A stretch of DNA of 50,047 bases from Octopus bimaculoides (GCF_001194135.2 NC_068985.1:113910472-113960518), one strand, 5' to 3'. Counted from the first letter of the stretch, positions 22,521-35,927 are shown. Numbers and translations: made by a program. The notes: a model not told the origin generated them from the letters alone.

Positions 22521-23291
22521 TTATCATCATCAGGCTGAATGTCCTTTGATCTGAAACAGCAACTAATAATAACAATTCACCTTCACCCTCACACCACTGC
22601 TACTTCCCATCCCCCTTTTTCCAATCCATCACACACACACATACACACACACGCTGAGAAACCATATTGATTATATTTTTCAGGTCCTTATTACATAAAT
22701 CTTCATCAACTCAAAACTACAGACCTCCTTTATCCACATCCCATCCCCGTAATGTCACTATCAACAACACCACTACCACCACCACCAGAGCATGGACACA
22801 CTTCAGTGCACACGCATGCATGCACACATACACACACACACACAAATGCACACAGAGAGCGGAGTCATATGTAGCTATTAATATCAAATCTCAGTTTTAA
22901 CATCCACACATTCAACTGCCTTAGTTATCCACCTCTGGGCTTATCCTCCTACCCAACTACATAATGCTTCTAATTGTTAATCTATACTCCAGTACATCTA
23001 CCCACCTATAGATTTCACACACATACACACACGCACACACACACACACACACAACAACAACAACAAATAATAATAATAATAATAATAGCAACAACAACAC
23101 AACACACAGAGCTATTAATATCAAATCTCGTGTTTTAACATCCACACAACCAACTAACTACAGAACAATCTTCTTTCTCTCTGATCAACCACCCCTCGAA
23201 CTTCCCCACCTATCTCCTTGTTAATATAATGCTTCTCCACTTTTAAACTCCCATCCAGTTCACTAACAATCACTCCCACCTAAACCCAAAA

Positions 23292-23325
<34 letters not shown>

Positions 23326-23644
23326 ATGTCTAGCAGAAAATAATACTCTTATACACCAAAACATTTTGGTCCTTCCAATTTCCTGGCCCTTGTAAATTTA
23401 CCAATGTTTTGCTTCCATCAAATTGCATCTCTGCTATCACTAACAATAACAAAAACATCAGCAGCAGCAGCACTATTGGTGTCTCTCCAATATTATTAAG
23501 ATGTGGTTCGAAGTATGTTATGGTAAGGCGACAGCCCATATGTCTTACACGGTCCATTTGGAACCCAATACATTTAGTTGAAACCATGCTGAAATTGATT
23601 GGATTGTATCTTCATATTTCTAGGTAATTTATTATTAAAAACCA

Positions 23645-23815
23645 TAGGCTTGAGTGTAGTAGTGTGGTAAGACACTTGTTTCTCAATCATATGATAGTGG
23701 GTTCTGTTTCATTGCATGGCAGCTCAGGCAAGTGTGTCTGACTATAGAACCTGACTAAAGCTTTGTTGAGTGGATTCGGTAGAAGGAAACAGAAAGAAGC
23801 CCACTTGATTTTATG
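23645..23815 (+). mobile_element. SINE family A 5' half, diverged
   Basis: GTGTGGTAAG...GGCAAGTGT...GAGTGGATTCGGTAGAAGGAAAC. Confidence 0.7.
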
Positions 23816-23837
23816 TGTTGGTTATAAGCAAGAAGTG

Positions 23838-24125
23838 AAGGCATGTTGCTAAGTGGTTAGGGTATCCATCTCACAATTGTAAGACCATGAGTTCGATTCT
23901 CAGTGGTTCATTGTGACCTTGAGCAAGATGCTTTATTTCACAGCTGGAAAAAATGAGTTGTACCCATAATTCAAAGGGTTAGCCTTGTCACATTTCTGTG
24001 GATACTGGATCTCCCTGAGAACTACATCAAGGGTATGCATGTCTGTGGAGTACTCAGCCACTTGCATGTTTGTGAAATTTCATTGATTGGATCAACTGGA
24101 ACCCTCATCCTCATAACCAGTTGAG
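23838..24125 (+). mobile_element. SINE family E
   Basis: tRNA-like head with GAGTTCGATTC; 3' part matches 6785-6905. Confidence 0.8.
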
Positions 24126-24139
24126 TGACAGTATTTATT

Positions 24140-24335
24140 TTGTAAACAAGAATTACCATCATGTAAATGGTGTCATTAATTTCCAATATTCTATGAAAAC
24201 ATGTCTGATCACGGGGAAATATCACATTACAGGAAAACAGGTGAGGGTTGGCGTCAGGAAGAGCATTCAGCTGTCCCAACAAATTCTGTCCAATGCATGT
24301 AAGCATAGAAAAGTAGATGTTGATAACAACGATGA
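24140..24335 (+). mobile_element. SINE-like family F with RTE-type (GAT)n tail
   Basis: Related segments at about 32545-32770 (minus) and 35960-36110 (plus). Confidence 0.55.
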
Positions 24336-24394
24336 TGAACATCAGCATCATCATCACCAATACAACATTATTATTATTATTATTATTATCATTG

Positions 24395-24850
24395 TGGTTG
24401 AGCTGTCAGAATTGTTAGCATGCTGGGCAAAATGCTTAACAGTATTTCATCTCTCTTCAAATTCTGAGTTCAAATTCCACTGAGGTCAACTTTGCCTTTT
24501 ATCCTTTCTGGGTCAATTAAATAAGTGCCAAAGTTAACTTTGCATTTCATCTTTTGTACCAGGGGAGTACTGCAGTTGATGTAATCGCCTTACACCCTCC
24601 CACAAAATTCCTGGCTTTGTGCCAAAATTTGAAACCATTATTATTATTATCATTATTAAAGCAGTGAGCTGGCAGAATTGTTAGCAAGCCAGAAAAATGC
24701 TTAGCAGCATTTCATCAAAATTCTGCCAAAAGTTGACTTTGTTATTTATCCGTTATGGGTCAAATGCCAATTGAATACTGGGATCAATGTATGCACCAAA
24801 ATGTATATGCACCAAAATTTCAAGCCTTGTGCATACAGTAGAAAGGATTA
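24395..24850 (+). mobile_element. Two tandem SINE family B copies within (ATT)n
   Basis: GAGCTG(T/G)CAGAATTGTTAGC heads at about 24398 and 24665. Confidence 0.85.
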
Positions 24851-24937
24851 TTATTATTATTATTAGCATGCCAGAAGACAAATTTTAGTAGAGTGCCAGA
24901 AAATATGCTTTGCAGTATTTTCTTAACATTTTCCCAA

Positions 24938-25163
24938 TATTTTGACACCAACCGCCTCAGACCAATCTGGTTCTATGATACAAATTCTTGGGTTTCAGTA
25001 ATTTAAATTAAAACCTTCCATCAAAATTTCAGGATAATTAATATTCTAAACACCAGTTTAATAATAATGATACAGTTATTTTGCCAAATTCTTCCTCATT
25101 TTCAAAATTAATTGAAACAGAGGCAGTATATTTCAATAAAAACATGGTAGCAAAATGGTTAAG
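24938..25163 (-). mobile_element. Monomeric piggyBac-type MITE (same family as the 13.6-14.9 kb array)
   Basis: Reverse complement of one unit plus the right terminus. Confidence 0.8.
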
Positions 25164-25977
25164 TTGAAATCTCAGTATGGTTATCTGTGCATTTTAGTCT
25201 TCTAGGTTTACAAAAGTAAGTCAAATACTGAGATTAGTTTAATCCATAATACTGCTCTCATTATTGATAACTCTTTAACTGTGATATTAAGTTTCATGGT
25301 TATTCCAGCAACAATGTTAAATATCTATCAAAAAAATAGAATTGAAATTTTCTGCAAGTCATGTTGCCTTAGTAAACTTGACATATCTCAAAGGAAAATA
25401 ATTTCAAACATGACATTCCTCAACAAAAGATAGATTGCTTATAGTAAAGGATAATGGAATTTTGAGTGGATATGTGGATGTGTGTGTGTGTGTGTGTGTG
25501 TATGTGTGTGTGTGTGTGATTTCTGTAGTAAAAGAGTTAACATACAATTGCACAGGATGGCAGGATTAGCTACCGTGCCAACATAGGAAACTCTACAGGG
25601 TCACTAGATATAGCAGTGAAACCTTATTCAAATCAAACACTAATGTCTTCATAAAGGAAGGGCGTATACACTAATGCACTCCTAGATAAGTTAAGTTTGA
25701 TAAAAAGATAGTCACAGCTGGGCAAAACAAACCACTCATGTTGGTAGCAGCGACATGTCACAATTGTTTCAAATAAAATGTAACAATTATAATAATTAAC
25801 AGATGTTATTAAATAATGCTTATTAAAATAGTGTGCAAAAACATCAAAATTGATTAATTAAGAAATGAAACTGGCATAAACATGAACTAATTACACAACA
25901 TCAACTTACAAATATAATTATATATTTAAGTATAAAAATTACATATTTTAGTATAGTAATTACATATATCTAATCTT

Positions 25978-26378
25978 TATTTCTTTTACTTGTTTCAGTC
26001 AGTGGACTTGGGCCATGCCTTGAAAGATTTAGTTGGGGGGTGAGGGGGTGGGGAAAACCCTAGTACTTAATTTCTTTTAAAATTTATTCTTTCAGTCACT
26101 TTTTCCAAACAGCAAAATTATGAGGATGTAAACAAACCAACTGGTTGTCAAACAGTGGAGTGACAGACACAACACAAAGACACACATACATATACACACA
26201 CATATATATATATATATATGTGTGTAATGGACTTCTTTCAGTTTCCATCTACAAAATCCACTCACAAGGCTTTGGTCATACTGGGGCTATAAAAGAAGAC
26301 AGTTGTCCAAGGTGCCACTGCATAGCACTAAAGCCCAAACCATGTGGCTGGGAAGCAAACTTCTTAACTCCCAGCCAC
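25978..26378 (-). mobile_element. SINE family A, diverged
   Basis: Tail, body and head recognisable. Confidence 0.8.
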
Positions 26379-26419
26379 ACATTAAGTATAACGATTATGC
26401 GTGTTAATACAATGATATA

Positions 26420-26830
26420 TAAAAATCCATTTTCCAGCCCGCTATTCCTGAAAGGTTGTGGGAATAAAGCCTCAGGTCCCCTCCTCCAGAAGGTTGTATC
26501 AGAAGCAACTATCATTGCCCTTTCCAGTTGGGTTCCCAAATGTAACCAACTGAGACTATCTATGTTATTCACCCATCTCACTCTTCATGTACCCCCAGGC
26601 CTGCAGCTTGTTAGGTTTTTAAAGACTCTACCTTGTAATCCTTTTCTGTGACATTCAGAGAACAAGTCCATTGTACCAAAGCAGTGATCTCTTCAAGTGA
26701 AGAAGCAGCTGTTTGACATGAAGACTCTCTGATCTCTGTGCTGTACACCCTGTCAAGTGACATTACTCCAGAAATCCTTCAGGGAAAAGCCCATTTTGGC
26801 CTCGCATATTCACAATTGTATTCTTTTGAT
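26420..26830 (-). mobile_element. Decayed RTE (Expander/Rex3-like) LINE 3' fragment
   Basis: Frameshifted RESLHVKQLLLHLKRSLLWYNGLVL*MSQKRIT and CRPGGT*RVRWVNNIDSLSWLHLG...VASDTTFWRRGPEALFPQP match the Rex3-type C-terminus (GRPR.RW.D...L.W..LG...W...L..L.P.P; recalled). Confidence 0.75.
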
Positions 26831-27061
26831 CATTACCTAACATTTATAACCATAGGTGAGTTTAGGCATGAAAAGCAAATTGAAGATAGCAAGTTTGTCT
26901 TTTTTGGGTTTTTTTTTAAACAAAACCCACCTTTTCTGGGGATCAAATGCTGGAGCTGGTACATTACTGAGCCATCACCTACAATTTTAGCATCTGATTT
27001 AGCCTCCTGCAACTTGTGAATACAACCCAGAGATACTTAAAAATGTATATAAGCATAACAA

Positions 27062-27589
27062 TCATCATCAACAACCTTAATCATCAGTTTTCTATGCTGG
27101 CATGGATTGGACAGTTTGACCAAAGCTAGCAAGCAGGAGAGCTGCACCAGGCTCCAGTCTGATTTGGCTTGGTGTTTACAGCTGGATGTCCTTTCAAAAC
27201 AACCAGCTTTTATCTTTCATTTTTTACTAAGGCACTGGATTATGGCCATGCTGGAGCACCACACCTTGAAGTCAAACAGATTAACTCCAATACTTATTTT
27301 TCAAGTCTGGCGCATATTATATAGCCCTCCCTTGCCAAACCTTTAGGTTACTGAAGTGTAAAGTAACCAACAGTAGTTGTCAAGCAGTGGTGATAGGCAA
27401 ACATAAAACACACACACACACATTCGAGATGGGATTCATGCAGTTTCTATTTGCTAAATCCACTCACAATGCTTTGTTTGGCCACGACTATAATAGAAGA
27501 CACTCGCCCAAGGTACTACGCAGTATTGGGGCCTGAACCTGGAACCATGTGGTTGAGAAGCAAACCTCTTACCACTTAGTCATGCCAAC

Positions 27590-27590
<1 letters not shown>
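27062..27590 (-). mobile_element. SINE family C fragment (27062-27200) plus SINE family A (27212-27590)
   Basis: Family motifs as described above. Confidence 0.8.
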
Positions 27591-27645
<55 letters not shown>

Positions 27646-27879
27646 TACATACATAGGAACAATTATTTTTAGAACACTTTATTCGCATAGTTTAAAGAAA
27701 AAACTTACTTAACTAAATAGTTAACTAATTAATTAATTAACATCATGTAATAGCAACTAAGTGAATTCTTGGTTAAATTATTGAATTATTAGCAGCAAAA
27801 GACACTAATGAAATCCTATTAACACTTTAATTAAATCTTTGCACCAACTAAACTTAACCAGCAGAGTGTGCACAAATTA

Positions 27880-28130
27880 GTTCGTATCACTTGTAACAGT
27901 AAGTGGTCGTGGTGGCAGTAGAAGTAGTAGTGGTGGTGGTGATAGTAGTAATGGTGGTAGCAATAGTAGAGGTGGTGGTGACAGCAGCAGTATTAAAGTA
28001 GAAGTGGTGGCAGTAGTTGAGGTGATGGTAGTAGTAGTCGTGTTGATAGTGGTGCTGGTGATTGATAGTAGCAGTAATAGTAGAGGTGGTAGCAGTAGCA
28101 GTAGTCATAGAAGTGGTAGTAGTATTGGGG
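27880..28130. repeat. Degenerate (GTA/GTG)n microsatellite
   Basis: Read directly from the sequence. Confidence 0.9.
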
Positions 28131-28444
28131 ATGAGAAGTTAACAGAATAAGTGGCCAAGAGGGGGAGAATGACAAAGAAGTGAAGGATCTGAGCCCCTCC
28201 CCCCTTTTCCTCAAAGACTAGATAAATGCAGATAAAGATTACTTAAAATTCTCTCCAGGGACTTGTGAAGGGCAAGAGTGGGGAGGAGGTGCAGTTTTAA
28301 ATAAATTAGAACAGGATCCGCACATGTCTTACTTCAATAGAGCAGTAAACTCATGGGAAATGAGATATAACCTATTCCAAAGATTTGCAAATCTTAAGGA
28401 ATTCTGAACATACCCAGTAAAAAAAAAAGAACAGAAAAGCAAAA

Positions 28445-28605
28445 ACATGTAGCTGTGTGGTAAGAACCTTGTTTCTTAATCTTGGGTCATTTCCACTGCA
28501 TGGTACCTTAGGCCAAAGTCCTCTGTTCTATCTCCTGAAAAAGCACTCCCAGTGTAGTGAATGGGAGAAGTTTCATGTGCCGTATCTGCAGACGTCTGTA
28601 TGTAT
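28445..28605 (+). mobile_element. SINE family A head fragment
   Basis: TAGCTGTGTGGTAAG...CCACTGCATGGTACCTTAGG. Confidence 0.55.
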
Positions 28606-28614
28606 GTATGTATG

Positions 28615-28661
<47 letters not shown>

Positions 28662-29430
28662 NNNNNNNNNNNNNNNNNNNNNNNNNNNNNNNNNNNNNNN
28701 NNNNNNNNNNNNNNNNNNNNNNNNNNNNNNNNNNNNNNNNNNNNNNNNNNNNNNNNNNNNNNNNNNNNNNNNNNNNNNNNNNNNNNNNNNNNNNNNNNNN
28801 NNNNNNNNNNNNNNNNNNNNNNNNNNNNNNNNNNNNNNNNNNNNNNNNNNNNNNNNNNNNNNNNNNNNNNNNNNNNNNNNNNNNNNNNNNNNNNNNNNNN
28901 NNNNNNNNNNNNNNNNNNNNNNNNNNNNNNNNNNNNNNNNNNNNNNNNNNNNNNNNNNNNNNNNNNNNNNNNNNNNNNNNNNNNNNNNNNNNNNNNNNNN
29001 NNNNNNNNNNNNNNNNNNNNNNNNNNNNNNNNNNNNNNNNNNNNNNNNNNNNNNNNNNNNNNNNNNNNNNNNNNNNNNNNNNNNNNNNNNNNNNNNNNNN
29101 NNNNNNNNNNNNNNNNNNNNNNNNNNNNNNNNNNNNNNNNNNNNNNNNNNNNNNNNNNNNNNNNNNNNNNNNNNNNNNNNNNNNNNNNNNNNNNNNNNNN
29201 NNNNNNNNNNNNNNNNNNNNNNNNNNNNNNNNNNNNNNNNNNNNNNNNNNNNNNNNNNNNNNNNNNNNNNNNNNNNNNNNNNNNNNNNNNNNNNNNNNNN
29301 NNNNNNNNNNNNNNNNNNNNNNNNNNNNNNNNNNNNNNNNNNNNNNNNNNNNNNNNNNNNNNNNNNNNNNNNNNNNNNNNNNNNNNNNNNNNNNNNNNNN
29401 NNNNNNNNNNNNNNNNNNNNNNNNNNNNNN

Positions 29431-29492
<62 letters not shown>

Positions 29493-29599
29493 CGAGAGAG
29501 AGAGAGAGATGACACCTTGAAGGTCGCCTTATCTCTGTTATTCTGCTATTGTCAATGTTATTAATGGTATTATTGTAATTTTACTTATGTTCATGCTTG

Positions 29600-29875
29600 T
29601 GTCCCCCAGAACCTGTTAACTTGATTGGATGAATGAAATGCAATTCGTAGATGACACCATAGACACCAGTTCTATGTCCAGGTGGATGGAGTTTAAAGAT
29701 GAGGAAACCAGCACTGGAGATAGACCATACAGTTAGAAAACCAGTTATACCACTGACGCAAAATTGCCATTGAGTGGTTGAATTGATTTGTGCTGACAGA
29801 TGAGTAACAATCCATAAGCTTGCTGTATGAATGACTGGCCACATTTGCATTACAGAACAAATGCTTAGTTATTTG
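29600..29875 (+). mobile_element. Decayed Tc1/mariner transposase N-terminal (HTH) fragment
   Basis: Frameshifted WMEFKDEETSTGDRPYS*K/PVIPLTQNCH*VVELICADR*VTIHKLAV resembles the mariner W..F..G.....D.PRSGRP...V..LI..DRR.T...LA pattern. Confidence 0.65.
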
Positions 29876-30355
29876 GATTCTTGTTTTTAGCTCCTCTTAA
29901 TACAAAGACACATTTCAGTTGATGGAGCATAGCAATCGCATATGCCTTAATTTTCATTTTCTCATTTACAACTCAGCAATATTTCATGTTCATATTAGAT
30001 GTAGGACTCAAAAGAACTTGTCTTTCATGAATTTATGAATGACATTGCTAACTTTTCAAACTCATTAATATGTAAAAAAAAAAAACATTGCCTCTATTTG
30101 TGACAGATCAAAAGTGTACTTTCATGAATATTACAAGTGGAAGTTGTTCTTTTTCTCTTTGTTAAGTAGTTTTGTTATACATACTTACACTACTATATTT
30201 TCTGGCATACGACTCAAATTTTTCAGACCAAAATTTACACTAAAAAATGGTAGGTCAACTCATATACCAAGATAACAGTGGAAGATATACAGAATAAACA
30301 TTTAAACATATAGTGATGTTTGAATGTTTACACTACATGTTTACGCAATATACTA

Positions 30356-30773
30356 TACTCTTTACTCTTTTACTTGTTTCAGTCATTTGACTGCGGCCAT
30401 GCTGGAGCACCACCTTTAGTTGAGCAAATCGACCCCAGGACTTATTCTTTGTAAGCCTAGTACTTATTTTATCGGTCCCTTTTGCCGAACCGCTAAGTTA
30501 GGAGGACATAAACACACCAGTATCGGTTGTCAAGCGATGTTGGGGGGACAAACACTAACACACAAACACACAAACACACACACAAACACACATATGCATA
30601 TACATATATATGACGGGCTTCTTTCAGTTTCCGTCTACCAAATCCACTCTCAAGGCTTTCGTCGGCCCGAGGCTTTACTAGAAGACACTTGCCCAAGGTG
30701 CCACACAGTGGGACTGAACCCAGAACCATGTGGTTGGTAAGCAAGCTACTTACCACACAGCCACTCCTGCACC
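30356..30773 (-). mobile_element. SINE family A, young full length
   Basis: Complete head to tail. Confidence 0.92.
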
Positions 30774-31204
30774 TATGCTGGAAAATACAGAATTTGTAGA
30801 AAAGACACGAATCTCACCCTCACAATTTAACTTCCTAACACCCACAACACCTTTTTCTAAAACCCTTCTCCACCAGAGTTCATCTTTCATTGCATTTCAC
30901 CTCTTTCCCTATCTTCATCCATCTGCCACTCTCCTTTCTCACTCAGGATCTTATTTACCTACCCACTCATCCTGTCCAACACTCTGTACCACTTTGCTTA
31001 TACTCATCACCCTGTAACTTAAGGGCACACCTTGAAACATTTTTACCACCATCTTCTCTGTCCTCTCTCTTCTCAATCTTTTCCCACTGAGGCGCCATGA
31101 AACTCCTCTACAGTAAGATATTTGTTTCTGCTCTCATTCATGCTTTAATTGCAATCTGGCTGAAAACCACTTCCCTCACTACTCCTCTTCTCACCTCAGT
31201 TGAG

Positions 31205-31430
31205 AGGTCTTGCGAGCTACTTGGTGAGCTCACTGGTGTGATGGATGGCATGTAAAAAGTATCCAGTACACACTATAAAGTGATTAAGTGATTAGCATTC
31301 GGAAGAGCCATCAGCGACAGAAACGATGCCATGCATTCCTCAGGCTTGCCAAAACCTGTCGAACCATCAAACCCATCTTAGCAAAGATGGGAAGCAACCT
31401 TCTTAACCACACAATCATGCTTGCACCCAT
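31205..31430 (+). mobile_element. Diverged SINE family C fragment, followed by a short minus-strand family A head
   Basis: TAAAAAGTATCCAGTACACACT...GGAAGAGCCATCAGC motif. Confidence 0.55.
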
Positions 31431-31465
31431 ACACCAGCGTATTATGTCAGTATTATCCTGGTATG

Positions 31466-31513
<48 letters not shown>

Positions 31514-31523
31514 NNNNNNNNNN

Positions 31524-31678
31524 ATGTGCTCCCCAGCTGGATGGGACACCAGTCCATCGCAGTAATGTGAAATGAAGTGTTTTGCTCAAAAACACAACGC
31601 GTCGCCCGGTCCAGGAATCGAAACCACAATGTTATGATCATGATGCTGACACCCTAACCACTAAGCCACGTACCTCCA
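31524..31678 (-). mobile_element. tRNA-derived SINE head (family E-related)
   Basis: Minus strand GGAGGTACGTGGCTTAGTGGTTAGGG...GGTTTCGATTCCTGGACCGGG. Confidence 0.75.
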
Positions 31679-32334
31679 CTATATATCTATCTGCACTACC
31701 ACACTTGATATGTACCTATTATAACTCTTTACCTTGATTTGAATGTACTGAAGTTATTTAGAATGCCCAAACTTATTTCTGCAATTGTGCTAAGCACTGA
31801 TGCTGATCATAGTTTAATCAATAGGTGTAGGAGCAAGGTAAATGCAGTAAAAATGGGTTGGGGCAGTGGGCCTCATTTAAGCGGCCCTTCAGAAATTGAA
31901 CCTCCTCATGATACGCCCTGGGAGTTCATGGTATGAAATTCATTGTCATTGCTCCGATTTGGTCACCAATGCTATGTATTTAGTTTAAAATCCAGTAAAA
32001 ATAGAGATATCAGTAGGGTCCTAATTAGGCAGCCCTTAAAAAAATAGCCCCCACCCCCTTAGGACATTCCTTGGGATTAGGAGAGTTGTTGATTTGAGGT
32101 TCATTGTGCAAAGGTTATGGTGCAAAGACATAAAAATATAATGGACAGAGAAACATCACTCAAATTTATAATGGGAAATATATATCAGCATATTATATCA
32201 GTCTTTTCCTGGTAAATATATATATTTATATATATATATATATCATCATTGACAAAGGATCAAGATTGTGTGTTACATTGCTGAACTTGAGAAGATCAGC
32301 TTACCACAACGAAATTGAGATTCTAAACCCAAGG

Positions 32335-32550
32335 TGCTATGTAAAAAGCATTGGTGTAGTTGCTGGTGCCACATAAAGAGCACCTAATACACTCTGTGGA
32401 GTGAGTGACGCTAGGAGAGGTATACATCTGTAGAAGCCAAGCCAAAACAGACAATGGAACCTGGTGTAGCCCATGGACGTACCAGTTCCTGCCAAGCCAT
32501 CCAACCCATGCCAGCATGGAAAACAGATGTTAAAAGTTGATGATGATGAT
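32335..32550 (+). mobile_element. SINE family C
   Basis: Ends CCAACCCATGCCAGCATGGAAAACAGATGTTAAAAGTT(GAT)n. Confidence 0.8.
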
Positions 32551-32799
32551 CAGCTTCATGATTAACATCGACTTTATGATGCTTGCATGAGCTGGAAGAA
32601 ATTTGCTGAGGCAGATTTTCTCCTGCTAGATGCTCTTCCAGTCACCAACCCTTACATATTTTTCAAGTAAGGTAATATTCCCCACAACCAGACATGTTAT
32701 TAGAGAAGGATGGAAATGAAGGTCACTGCTTGTGTGTTGGTGATATTTGCTTATACATGAAGTCAAGGCAAGGAGACAGTAACACACACACACATATGA

Positions 32800-32958
32800 C
32801 AGGATTCTTTCAGTTTCCATCTACCATATTCACTCATAAGACTCTGGTAGGCCTGAGCTATCAAAGAAAATATTTGAATGAGGTGCTACACAGTGGGACT
32901 GAATGTAGCACCATGTGGTTGGAAGCAAAATCCTTGTCACACAACCCACACCTGCACC
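32800..32958 (-). mobile_element. SINE family A 5' half
   Basis: CTTTCAGTTTCCATCTACC...CAGTGGGACTGAA. Confidence 0.7.
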
Positions 32959-33264
32959 TTATACATGTGTACAAACACACACACACACACACTACAATGA
33001 CCATTTCAGAGGCCATGTGTCAATGTGTATTTATATACCACATGTGTACATGTATGTATGTGCGTATGTATGTATGTATGTATGCCAGTGTTAGAATGGT
33101 GGCAGCTGATGAAGGAAACGTTCTCTATGTGGCCTGTGTGTTTTCTGTACTCCATTTATTATTTTTTTGTCTACGTTTTGTTTGCAACGTCCTGTACCCA
33201 GATACAGGTAGATGTAGGTATGTACATACATGTACGTATATATGCATATACTCATTTATTATTT

Positions 33265-33399
33265 GTATGTATGTATGTATGTATGTATGTATGTATGTAT
33301 GTATGTATGTATGTAGGTATGTATGTATGTATGTAGGTATGTATGTAGGTATGTATGTAGGTATGTATGTAGGTATGTATGTATGTATGTATGTATGTA
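33265..33399. repeat. (GTAT)n/(GTAG) tetranucleotide microsatellite running into a gap
   Basis: Read directly from the sequence. Confidence 0.95.
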
Positions 33400-33753
33400 N
33401 NNNNNNNNNNNNNNNNNNNNNNNNNNNNNNNNNNNNNNNNNNNNNNNNNNNNNNNNNNNNNNNNNNNNNNNNNNNNNNNNNNNNNNNNNNNNNNNNNNNN
33501 NNNNNNNNNNNNNNNNNNNNNNNNNNNNNNNNNNNNNNNNNNNNNNNNNNNNNNNNNNNNNNNNNNNNNNNNNNNNNNNNNNNNNNNNNNNNNNNNNNNN
33601 NNNNNNNNNNNNNNNNNNNNNNNNNNNNNNNNNNNNNNNNNNNNNNNNNNNNNNNNNNNNNNNNNNNNNNNNNNNNNNNNNNNNNNNNNNNNNNNNNNNN
33701 NNNNNNNNNNNNNNNNNNNNNNNNNNNNNNNNNNNNNNNNNNNNNNNNNNNNN

Positions 33754-33805
33754 AGAAAAAGAAAGAGAGAGAAAGATAGAAAAAGAGAGAGAGAGAAAGA
33801 GAAAA

Positions 33806-33838
<33 letters not shown>

Positions 33839-33960
33839 GAAAGAGAGAAAAAGAGAGAGAAAGAGAGAAAGAGAGAAAAAGAGAGAGAAAGAGAGAAAGA
33901 GAGAAAAAGAGAGAGAAAGAGAGAAAAAAAGAGGGAGAGAGAGAGAAAGAGAGAGAGCAA
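33754..33960. repeat. (GA)n/AAAGAGAGAA purine microsatellite
   Basis: Read directly from the sequence. Confidence 0.95.
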
Positions 33961-34875
33961 GCATGCATACGCATTTACAGATGTATGTATACTGCTACTA
34001 ACTCTTCACACTTATAATTGCTATTAGGTCTCACTCCCGAAACCACCAGCGTACAGTTAAGGGTGGGAAAGCAGAGAACAGGGTGGGAAAGCAGAGAACA
34101 GGGTGGCGGCAGCAGCAGCATTGGTAATAGCAATAGTGGCAGAACCACCCGTAATAGTAGTAACAGCATGAGCAACACTTGTAGAAGTTGGTGAGGTGGT
34201 GGCCATAGCATAGGTAAAAGTTGGTAATAGTAGTTGTAGTAGCCATAGTAGTAGATGTTGTTGCTGTTCTTGTTGTTGTTGTTGTGGTGGTGACAGTAGT
34301 AGTATAAATAGAAACAGTGGCCCTGCTAAGAGAGATTGCAAGAGTTAGACTCACTCCAGCAACAATTTTCCCCGCATCTCACCCTCAGTACTGTCATCAC
34401 CAGTACCGGGGGGTGGGGGGCTGCCATGACCACCACTGCCACCAGCAACACAATCACCACCACCACCACCACCCACCTATCATCATAACCATAACATGCA
34501 CTATCATCATTATATTCATGCAGAGTAGAGCAGAAACCTATATACACCCTGGCAGACTTTTTATTCAGACTATACTACTGCTCGATTTACTAAATTCAAT
34601 TCACTTAACAAAATATCAATCAATAGTGCATACACGTGTGTGGATGGATATTCTCTTTGTATATGCGTGTGTATGTGTGTGTGTGTGTATGTGTGTGTAT
34701 ACATACACACACACGTGTATATGCATATATATATATATATATACAAACATACATACACACACATGTAGATGAATGCATATGCATGTAATTATTTGTATTT
34801 GTGTGTATATACACATGCATACACATCTATATGCATTTATCTATAACTATATATCCATCCATCTATCTATCTATC

Positions 34876-34925
<50 letters not shown>

Positions 34926-35175
34926 TACATACACAACGTTATACACATGCATGTGTGCATGTGTGTGTGTGTGTATGTGTGTATAAAAAACATAAACAGA
35001 AACATACATATACCTAATATATATATAGAGGTACATATTTATAAATGTGTGTTGTGTGATATAAGTGTTATATCACGTATATACACAGATGTATACAAAG
35101 ATAAATCCACATATATTTATACATATATATATATATGTTCGTTTAATTGTTTAACGTCCGCTTTCCATGCTAGCA

Positions 35176-35206
<31 letters not shown>

Positions 35207-35222
35207 ATATTATTAGGGACAA

Positions 35223-35285
<63 letters not shown>

Positions 35286-35439
35286 TCTACATGTGTATAT
35301 ACATACACATGTATGTACATTATATATGTACACACATACATGTAGCAGGGTAGCTTGAGATTCAGCCAAAGCCAGATTAGTGGAGCTGATACACAGAAAC
35401 TGAAAAAAGCTTTTGTGCGTGTGCGCACGCGCGCGTGTG

Positions 35440-35473
<34 letters not shown>

Positions 35474-35504
35474 CGTGTGCGTGCGCGCGTGCATATATCC
35501 TTTA

Positions 35505-35712
35505 CTTTAACTTATTTTAGGCATTTTACTGTGGCCATGCTGGAGTACCACCTTAAAAGGTTTTTAGTTGAAGAAATTGACCCCAGAACTTATTCTTTGT
35601 AAGCCTAATACTTATTCCATAGATCTCTTTGCCAAACTGCAAAGTTACAGGGACATAAACACACCAACACTGGATGTCAAGCAATGATGGGGGGGGGGAC
35701 AAGAACAGACAT

Positions 35713-35767
<55 letters not shown>

Positions 35768-35927
35768 CGACGGGCTTCTTTCAGTTTCCGTTTACAAAAT
35801 CCACTCTCAAGGCTTTGGTTGGCTCAAGGCTATAGTAGACACTTGTCATAGGTGCAACACAGAGGGGCCGGACCTGGAACCATGTGGTTGAGAAGCAAGC
35901 TTCTAACCCCATAGCCAAACTTGCGCA
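35505..35927 (-). mobile_element. SINE family A
   Basis: Collinear with other copies. Confidence 0.85.

Noticed and set aside
34060-34103. 20-bp exact tandem duplication AGGGTGGGAAAGCAGAGAAC x2
   Set aside because: An ordinary slippage duplication.
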